From IMG/VR virus record IMGVR_UViG_3300016744_000001: 64,000 nt of DNA; one strand, written 5' to 3'. A program made the position numbers and the translations under genes. A model generated the notes under the pieces. That model was given only the letters and a program-made list of their open reading frames with translations, was not told the origin of the DNA and made no database searches. Shown one piece after another: positions 57,269 through 64,000 of this stretch. Numbering within the stretch: the stretch's first letter is position 1; every line of letters begins with the position of its first letter. The DNA comes from a virus (Duplodnaviria > Caudoviricetes).

Positions 57269-58246
57269 CTAAGCGATCGCGATATATTGCCCACCAAATG
57301 TACTTTCCCCAGGAATGGTTCCTGGGAAAATGGTAGTGTCAGTGGCAGTGCCAATAACAGCTTTGATCACTCCATTTCCTTCAGTAGTGTACCGTTTTCC
57401 TGTCAGTGTCCCTGTCGTTGTGAACTTTGGTGCTCTGGAAAGAACCTCTGGGTTAATCCAAGCATTGATTGTTCCAACTGTTTCAACCGTGACAAATGTA
57501 GCCATCTGGGATGAACCTGTCACCTGAACATCCTGCATGACGTTGTGCAGTGAGTTGGTGCTTGCGTACAGAAACGCGGTGATAATTGAAGTGTCATCAA
57601 CTACGAATTCAAACTTCGTTGTCCCGGTCAAACTAACTGTCCCCCCAGTCCAAGTGCAGATCCCAAACACTCCTTGGCTAGTGACATTTGACGGCATGAT
57701 CATCCGACAGTTGAACACTGAAGTTTGTGATCCCTGTAACCCAGTGACCAATCCGTGGTAAGACCCACTTTCGATGTATCCTGGTGCCAGGGTAAGATCT
57801 TTCAAAATACAAGTGCCACGACTGGTGTTGGTCAACCTACCAGTCTTGACTTTGGTATTGTCAGTAGAGTTCCCAACAATCCACAACTGCCCAGTGGTTG
57901 CAACATACGCTGGGACAACCGTGTTCCCAGTAAGATTGTAACTACCGTCTGCCAACTGAATCGTGACGTTGTACTGGTTGAAATTGTACTTGGACGACAC
58001 AAAGTTCAAGGCATACTGCAACGTCTTGAACGGGTTATCAACACTCAGTCCTTGAGAGTTGGCCGTCGTATCCACACCACTTGGACTGACGTAGACAGTC
58101 AATGGCGCTGTCAACCACAAGTACATTTGAAAGTTCTGAGCCACTGCAGAAATGATGTTACTCATGCTCTGCACATCAATGCCAAGGACCAACAGCTTGC
58201 TCAAAAGCTCGCCAGTCGGCATTCTGTCATAAAACGGATTTGCCAT
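57269..58246 (-). CDS. tail spike-like protein (beta-helix type)
   Basis: TVYVSPSG.D....GLS.DNPFKTLQYAL...IQLADGSY; C-terminal FPGTIPG...GGQY. Confidence 0.7.
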   Translation of the reverse strand: MANPFYDRMPTGELLSKLLVLGIDVQSMSNIISAVAQNFQMYLWLTAPLTVYVSPSGVDTTANSQGLSVDNPFKTLQYALNFVSSKYNFNQYNVTIQLADGSYNLTGNTVVPAYVATTGQLWIVGNSTDNTKVKTGRLTNTSRGTCILKDLTLAPGYIESGSYHGLVTGLQGSQTSVFNCRMIMPSNVTSQGVFGICTWTGGTVSLTGTTKFEFVVDDTSIITAFLYASTNSLHNVMQDVQVTGSSQMATFVTVETVGTINAWINPEVLSRAPKFTTTGTLTGKRYTTEGNGVIKAVIGTATDTTIFPGTIPGESTFGGQYIAIA

Positions 58247-58287
58247 GATTAACTCCAAACTAAACAGGTTAAATCACAACATAGTTA

Positions 58288-58318
58288 GATGAGCGCTGGG
58301 TAATCCCCAGCGCTCATC
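58288..58318. terminator. intergenic hairpin
   Basis: gatgagcgctggg-taatc-cccagcgctcatc. Confidence 0.65.
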
Positions 58319-58319
58319 A

Positions 58320-59240
58320 TTACACTTCACCGATGTACATGATCACAGGAAGAATAGTGTTTCCGGGTCGAAATTCAGTATCGACTTCAACTTGAGTTGA
58401 TGCATCAAACACTGCTTTGTAGCGTTTGTTTGAAGTCAATCCATCCCAACCACCACCAATGAAACTTGCTTGTGACCGAGTAAGCGCATTAAACACCCCA
58501 CTCAGCTCATCAAACGCGTACATTGATTTAATACCGTTGTTCGTTGTCCCAACAGTCAAACCAAATGTACCATACAAGTTCTTCATTGCCCCAAGCTGGG
58601 TACTACCCGCAGTTCTGGCTAAACCGTCAACCCAGCAACGAATAAACTCATTACCAAGCACTGGTAAATACAACCCACTTGGATTCGCTGAGTTCGGTCT
58701 GAACATGCCTTTATTTGCAGCGCGAGTAGTCTGGCTTGCGTTATGTGGTAACAACAACCCATTGAACCCACCATTAATATAGACATTGTAAAATTCTGAG
58801 TTCCCAGCAAATGAAATGAAATCACCATTCACCCAAACGTGTCTAGGAGGAAGAATCGTCGATCGATGAACTCTGGGCACACCAATCTGAAGCATTCGAA
58901 GTGAATCCAAAAGGTTCACCTTATTCGTCAAGTCAGCAAGCTTCTGGCTCACATCAGTCGAGGATGCGGCAACTGATGGAGCAACTTGGCTCCACGATGT
59001 CGCTTGCGCTGCCGGCGCAACAGGACCAGCTAATGTTGAGGTTCCAGACTCTTGGAGAGCCACAAAGATTTTTGACTCGTGACTCCACAATGTCCCAATT
59101 GCGCAGAGTTCTACGGTGGATGACCAAACGGGAACTACTGCACCATTTTGAACAAGAAATGCCATACTTGTCAAAGCTTCCAACAGCTCTTTTACCGGCA
59201 TTCCGTTAACGACTTGACTGGTTGCACCCATAGGCACCAT
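58320..59240 (-). CDS. tail fibre/collar protein, paralog of the N-terminal part of 55085-57193
   Basis: Shared VNGDFISFAG..EF...GGF.GLL...AANKGMFRP...GLYLPV; FDAS...EFRP.N. Confidence 0.8.
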   Translation of the reverse strand: MVPMGATSQVVNGMPVKELLEALTSMAFLVQNGAVVPVWSSTVELCAIGTLWSHESKIFVALQESGTSTLAGPVAPAAQATSWSQVAPSVAASSTDVSQKLADLTNKVNLLDSLRMLQIGVPRVHRSTILPPRHVWVNGDFISFAGNSEFYNVYINGGFNGLLLPHNASQTTRAANKGMFRPNSANPSGLYLPVLGNEFIRCWVDGLARTAGSTQLGAMKNLYGTFGLTVGTTNNGIKSMYAFDELSGVFNALTRSQASFIGGGWDGLTSNKRYKAVFDASTQVEVDTEFRPGNTILPVIMYIGEV

Positions 59241-59271
59241 CCTAGCAACGACTCATGATGTGATCATTGCA

Positions 59272-59940
59272 CTAATTCTTCTTGAATGTTGCATACACTC
59301 CAGTTAAAACTTCTGAATTCGCTGCCACGTAACTCAAAAGAAAACTGATTGTTTCCTTAAGCAGTACCTGCCGAAATTCGACTCGTGTCAATTCGTGATT
59401 TCTACGAGCCAACAAATCATATAACGTGGCCAACCAAGTGCGGCTAATCGAGTAGATATCCAAGCCATCATACTTGGATTTGTACGTTTCGATTTCCGTC
59501 GGATCGAGTTCCATACACGCCTGAAAGAATTCAGGCGTGATGTACTTGCCCACAGAGGGGCTAGAGACGATGTTCATATTACGAACACTGGTTTGCTGCT
59601 CATCAGTGAATGAGTTTCCTTCATTCATTTGTTCTGCTGAGAGAAACGGGTTGGATCGGTCACCCCGAGCATCAATCGTGAAGAACATCTGCATTCGTGA
59701 AGCAATGTGCGCGGCATGTGCCAAGGTGCTCTGAGGTTCGTATACCTCAAACTGGCACAACTTCAAGGTGTGCCGAATCAGCGCGTCCAAGCTGCACCAG
59801 GCGGTACAATCGGTCGCATCAGTGGGTTCTTTTTCCCAACCATGCGCTTTGTACTTCATCGTAGCGTTGTGATGTATTGCCGCAACCATTGCCAGGATGT
59901 CTTTCAACATACCGAATTTGACGGTCAAACGAGCTTTCAT
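59272..59940 (-). CDS. dATP/dGTP diphosphohydrolase-like protein (DUF5664-type domain)
   Basis: KY...W......DALIRH......E.QS.L.H.AH.A....F pattern. Confidence 0.6.
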   Translation of the reverse strand: MKARLTVKFGMLKDILAMVAAIHHNATMKYKAHGWEKEPTDATDCTAWCSLDALIRHTLKLCQFEVYEPQSTLAHAAHIASRMQMFFTIDARGDRSNPFLSAEQMNEGNSFTDEQQTSVRNMNIVSSPSVGKYITPEFFQACMELDPTEIETYKSKYDGLDIYSISRTWLATLYDLLARRNHELTRVEFRQVLLKETISFLLSYVAANSEVLTGVYATFKKN

Positions 59941-59975
59941 TAAAGCTACTCCAATTTAAAGGTAGTGAGGTTGAT

Positions 59976-61499
59976 ATGCCGGTCGTACACTCAGTCGTAT
60001 CTGAGGCAAACACCCACATTCATTTGCCGATGATTACTCAAGTGGCTCACCATTTGGTAAATTCATTAAATTTGCCACAGTACATCAAAAATGACATCCA
60101 TATTGAGACTGGGTGGACATCAACTAAGGGCACAAGAGATGATCACTCGCTGCGCATCCGTGGAAACATGTTCCGTGTGATGGCGACACAAGCGTCCCCA
60201 CATGCCCCAGTGTTTGACTACCAGACATTCAACCATGTTGGTGGTCATACTTTTTATCCAGGGCAGTTGGACATCGCTTACAATCCAATCTTACGAGATC
60301 CGTACTCCGAGATCTCTCTGCATGAAGTACCACTTCCGTGCTCATTCACACTAGACTGCACGTTCTGGATGATTGATCGAAATTTGGCATACGACATCAC
60401 AAAAAGATTGGCATTGCGTTTTTCAAATAGCGTAGTGCATTCCTTATCAATGGTGTATGACTATCCAGTTCCGAAGGATATCCTTTCAATGCTGTTCGGT
60501 CTGTTCAAGTTTCGGAAGTTCTCTGAAACTGATGATCGTTTTGGTGAGATCATCAAAGCCAAGAAGAATCTGACCTTTGCTGATTGGCTGGATAAGACGT
60601 CGATCGTCAACTTCGTCATGGCAAAGTCGAGAGCAAGGAACACAAGTGAACTTGTTATCAACAAGCACATTGACAATGCGTTGCTCTCGATAGAGTTCGA
60701 AGGTGGTAAGCCAGAAGAAGACAAGAACATGACTGTGGCGAACACCTACCAGACAAACTTCACCTGTCGGTTTCAATTCGCTGAAGCGGCGGCACTGATC
60801 CTGAAGTACCCGTGCATTGTGGATAACACCATTGTTCCGGGAAACATGATTCCACAGCCTCGAGCAAACGACACACCAATCCGATCAATGAAGCCAACAT
60901 TCCAAAACCCCATGCTGGACGATGCATTCAGCGAACTCCGTGCGGTGAAAGATGTTGATGAACCAGTAGTTTGTCCGTATTACGATGACTGGGTTGTTCC
61001 TGAAAATGAGCTGTGGCATCGATCGTACCGACCATTCTTCATCAGCCTCTACACGATTGAATCAGAAAAGTTGAACACCGTCATTGACCTGAGTGGGATC
61101 TTGTACGAGAGTTCCAAGCTTCACGATATCGTGCAGTACATCTTAAAAGCTCAAGGAAATGAGAGCTTCAGGGATGACTGCATCTTCAACATTTCAGCTT
61201 ACCTGCGAAACCGTCGACAGGTGAACAGTGAACTCTCTTTGGCGTCAGACTTGAAGCTGACACTAAAAGCTCAAGACGTACATCCACAACGGCATTTGGT
61301 GATTTCAGAAATCACTGACTATCGCTACTTGAATCCCAAGTGGTGGAAGTACATTGAGCAATTCCCTGACTACTTCAATCCGAAGACGAAACCTGGTGGA
61401 AACAACTCAGGAGACAATAATGGCACTAATCGATCGTTTCGGGTCTTTAACTACGCCCTCATCCCAAGGAACACCGGTATCAGAGAGCAGAAATCTTGA
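59976..61499 (+). CDS. phiKZ-type virion structural protein
   Basis: 507 aa, GAGG RBS; L.YP.IV.N and P.YDDW motifs recalled from phiKZ-family virion proteins. Confidence 0.6.
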   Translation: MPVVHSVVSEANTHIHLPMITQVAHHLVNSLNLPQYIKNDIHIETGWTSTKGTRDDHSLRIRGNMFRVMATQASPHAPVFDYQTFNHVGGHTFYPGQLDIAYNPILRDPYSEISLHEVPLPCSFTLDCTFWMIDRNLAYDITKRLALRFSNSVVHSLSMVYDYPVPKDILSMLFGLFKFRKFSETDDRFGEIIKAKKNLTFADWLDKTSIVNFVMAKSRARNTSELVINKHIDNALLSIEFEGGKPEEDKNMTVANTYQTNFTCRFQFAEAAALILKYPCIVDNTIVPGNMIPQPRANDTPIRSMKPTFQNPMLDDAFSELRAVKDVDEPVVCPYYDDWVVPENELWHRSYRPFFISLYTIESEKLNTVIDLSGILYESSKLHDIVQYILKAQGNESFRDDCIFNISAYLRNRRQVNSELSLASDLKLTLKAQDVHPQRHLVISEITDYRYLNPKWWKYIEQFPDYFNPKTKPGGNNSGDNNGTNRSFRVFNYALIPRNTGIREQKS

Positions 61500-62835
61500 T
61501 CCAAGAAATCAGCACATGGCTACAGATTCTGACATCGACAAGATCGTCAGTATCAAAGATACCTTCACAACTCAAACAGCTCTGAACCCAGTGAACTATC
61601 CAGAAGAATACAGAATGCTTCTGGCGTACACTCGTGGTTACCCAATGTCGGTGACGTATTTTCACCGACAGAATCCCAATATCGACATCCGAAGCTTCAT
61701 CGTTTCAGTATCGATGGATGAAGACACTATCCATGAAGATCTTACAAAGATCAACAATCTGGAAATGGTGTTGGAGTCATCACTGCAGTATGAACTGCAG
61801 AACGAAGATAAGACCACCGCACTCACTGGTGCGGCGAACATGTACCCGGGTCTTGAACCTTACGAAGGTGACATGTTTGTGCTTGAAGTTGGTAACAACA
61901 ACCTTGTCCTCTTTACGGTCATGGCGGTCACCCCAACAACGTATCGGCAAGAACGTGGTTACCGGATCAACTTCAGTGCGTATGGCCGTTTGTCCGAATC
62001 ATTGTACAAACGTTTATTGTCGGCCGTGACGGACACTTGTCACTTTGAAAAAAGAAAGTACTTCGGGGAAAGTGAGTTCACATTCCTCAGTACTCAAAGC
62101 TACGAACAGCTGAACAAACTTGAGCACCTACGGCGATCGATTGCTCAAGACTATGTCAACTTCTTTTTTGTTTATGATGAACTGAGTTTCTTCAGACCGG
62201 ATGATGTCTACGACCCATACGTCACGGAGTTCCTCAGAAAGAAGTTGACAGTCCTTGAAAACAAAGTGCGGGCGACTCAGTTACAAGTGCCTTTCCTTGA
62301 TTTCTACCGGTCAATTTGGTACAAATTCATTGATGCTGAAAACCGGCACGACTTGTCAGAACTTTACCGGTACGTTGGGATTCATCGCAAGATCCCTGAG
62401 TACTTTGGAGCTGGTTTGAATGGCTTGACTGGACGGCAGTATCTTGAAATGCAAGCTACCTCAGCACTGCTTGTGTCGTCTCGTCTTCCACAAGATCCAC
62501 GCACATTGCATCACGTTGTCAGAGATGACAACAGTTGGCAACATGTGTCAACATTGTCTAATGATAATGTTGTTGATCAGATGTCAGCGAACTGGTCGGT
62601 TGACGGTGGTGATTGTTACATCTTTTCCAATGACTTTTACAACAACACAGTAACGGCTAGTTCTGACAAGATTGAGGTGTTGGTTAACAACTACCTTACA
62701 AAGAACCTGATCAACATTGATGAAGTGATCAGCGTCACTGAGCCATACCGCAAGCTTGGTCGTGGTGTGAATGCGTTTTATCGGTTGCCACTCTACTTGG
62801 AACTGATTGACGCTGCGATCATTGCTGTGAAATAA
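61420..62835 (+). CDS. phiKZ-type virion structural protein
   Basis: LLAY..G....VTYF..Q, KINNLE, G.A.MYPG..P..GDMF, YDPYV, FY..P motifs; AGGAG RBS before ATG 61420. Confidence 0.65.
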   Translation: MALIDRFGSLTTPSSQGTPVSESRNLDPRNQHMATDSDIDKIVSIKDTFTTQTALNPVNYPEEYRMLLAYTRGYPMSVTYFHRQNPNIDIRSFIVSVSMDEDTIHEDLTKINNLEMVLESSLQYELQNEDKTTALTGAANMYPGLEPYEGDMFVLEVGNNNLVLFTVMAVTPTTYRQERGYRINFSAYGRLSESLYKRLLSAVTDTCHFEKRKYFGESEFTFLSTQSYEQLNKLEHLRRSIAQDYVNFFFVYDELSFFRPDDVYDPYVTEFLRKKLTVLENKVRATQLQVPFLDFYRSIWYKFIDAENRHDLSELYRYVGIHRKIPEYFGAGLNGLTGRQYLEMQATSALLVSSRLPQDPRTLHHVVRDDNSWQHVSTLSNDNVVDQMSANWSVDGGDCYIFSNDFYNNTVTASSDKIEVLVNNYLTKNLINIDEVISVTEPYRKLGRGVNAFYRLPLYLELIDAAIIAVK

Positions 62836-62837
62836 TC

Positions 62838-62869
62838 ATAGCTCTGGTAGGAATTCCTACCAGAGCTAT
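62838..62869. terminator. perfect palindrome
   Basis: atagctctggtaggaa|ttcctaccagagctat. Confidence 0.7.
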
Positions 62870-62906
62870 CCACGATATGTCACTATCTTTAATTCTGAGG
62901 TGCGTA

Positions 62907-63515
62907 ATGAACCCCCTTTCCGACAAATTCATGAGCCGTGTTAAGATTGCTGATGTTCCACGGCTATACCTGGATATCAGCAAACTGATCAATGAAAACT
63001 GTTATCTCCTTATCAACATCCCAGAAGTCTCAGCAAAACGGTCTGCTTACGAACTTGGGGTTTTGACTGGAGAGAGTGCTGGTCCAATCAAAACTCCATT
63101 TGGGTACGAAGTTGGTCGTGGGCAATACACGATCAACTGGATGATCAACAACTACGGTGTGACACCATTTGAGTTCTACAACTGGAAGGACTCAGTTGAG
63201 GTTGCGGAACTCATCACTGAGTATGTTGATCAACTCACGAACCGAGAAGATCCGTTGACCGAGGAAGAAACAGCTTACTTGTTGAAAGCAAGTGAGTTTG
63301 GCGCAAAGATTTGTGAAATCGCCAAACGCTTGATAAGTGTTCATGGCATCAAAAACCTCGGGAAAAGTATCTTCGATCAACACAAGACTCAAAAACTCAA
63401 GGACATCCTTGAAGGACGTCGACAAGCAGAGCTTGACAAGATGGAAGATGTGGTCAGCACAACAATTCCAACAAGAGGCAATCCCGCCCTTGGTCGTTTG
63501 ACAAGGGGTAATTAA
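62907..63515 (+). CDS. hypothetical phiKZ-type protein
   Basis: GAGG RBS; coupled to the next gene. Confidence 0.65.
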   Translation: MNPLSDKFMSRVKIADVPRLYLDISKLINENCYLLINIPEVSAKRSAYELGVLTGESAGPIKTPFGYEVGRGQYTINWMINNYGVTPFEFYNWKDSVEVAELITEYVDQLTNREDPLTEEETAYLLKASEFGAKICEIAKRLISVHGIKNLGKSIFDQHKTQKLKDILEGRRQAELDKMEDVVSTTIPTRGNPALGRLTRGN

Positions 63516-63516
63516 C

Positions 63517-64000
63517 ATGTATTTTGGGAAAATCATCCAGTCTCTGGGCGACAAAGCAAAAGAGATTTTGCGTGGTGGTGTTTCTCAGATTTGTAAAATC
63601 AAAGGCACCATCTTCTCTAAGGAAGATGCAAACATCACGATTGACCTCATGCAAGTGGATACCTGGAATGTGATTCAGCTCTTCGAAAAAGAGTTTCACG
63701 ATCAGGTAACGATCACTCTTAATGTCAGTGTTGAAGAAGCAATGCTGTTGCTAACAAACTACAAAAACCTTCGACTGACCGTGAAACTAGATCATGTTAC
63801 TCAGCACTACTACCAGCTGATTGACGAGATCCCACAGGAGGTCCATGAATTCGTAGTGATTATCAAAAATCCAACGGACCTCTTGAAGGAACTTCAAAAG
63901 ACTGAGTTGACAACAACAAAAGAAGAGTCAACCACGAAGAGTGATTACCAGCCGGATTCAATCAGATCCAAGCGGTATGGTTTACAAGTTGAACTGATGG
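63517..64000 (+). CDS. probable virion structural protein, truncated by window edge
   Basis: Not in the ORF track; ATG 63517 (MYFGKIIQSL...) stays open to the end of the window; AAGGGG RBS. Confidence 0.65.
   Translation, partial: MYFGKIIQSLGDKAKEILRGGVSQICKIKGTIFSKEDANITIDLMQVDTWNVIQLFEKEFHDQVTITLNVSVEEAMLLLTNYKNLRLTVKLDHVTQHYYQLIDEIPQEVHEFVVIIKNPTDLLKELQKTELTTTKEESTTKSDYQPDSIRSKRYGLQVELM

Noticed and set aside
832-62869. Palindromes as CRISPR repeats, REPs or MITEs
   Set aside because: They differ in sequence, are single and dispersed, and have no spacers, cas genes or target duplications.
1-64000. Genome-wide stop-codon reassignment
   Set aside because: Long genes are intact in the standard code, and TAA, TAG and TGA all end genes at coupled junctions or hairpins.
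1-64000. Chimallin, PhuZ tubulin, RNA polymerase subunits, tRNAs, introns or inteins
   Set aside because: None recognised in this window; a nucleus-forming lifestyle is only inferred from phiKZ-like core genes.

Overview
This window is part of a phiKZ-like (Chimalliviridae-type) jumbo phage genome. Core genes recognisable from motifs and gene order are a major capsid protein, a DnaB-like helicase, a split family-B DNA polymerase subunit, a UvsX/RecA-like recombinase, an SbcC/Rad50 ATPase, a RuvC-like resolvase, a GH108 endolysin (partial) and many virion, tail-fibre and baseplate proteins. phiKZ-type TATATTAC early-promoter motifs and about 20 long intergenic hairpins punctuate the operons. 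The most striking element is an ~11 kb island (8972-20156) of two parallel cassettes. Each has a tail-fibre-type gene, small protein(s) with a Cys-rich NCNC/CxxC tail, a conserved accessory protein, a hairpin and two tandem radical SAM/SPASM enzymes. This is a candidate phage-encoded system that post-translationally modifies or metallates Cys-rich fibre-associated proteins. Two of the three Cys-rich genes have TGA where a Cys would be expected, and one carries a thrombospondin-type-1-like module. Other notable items are a candidate programmed -1 frameshift at 23207-23213, a degenerate ImmA/IrrE-like protein, a LigA-like Zn-finger protein without an obvious catalytic lysine, a tandem array of five diverged paralogs and a dNTP diphosphohydrolase-like gene. 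All family assignments come from motif recognition by eye; no database searches were run.
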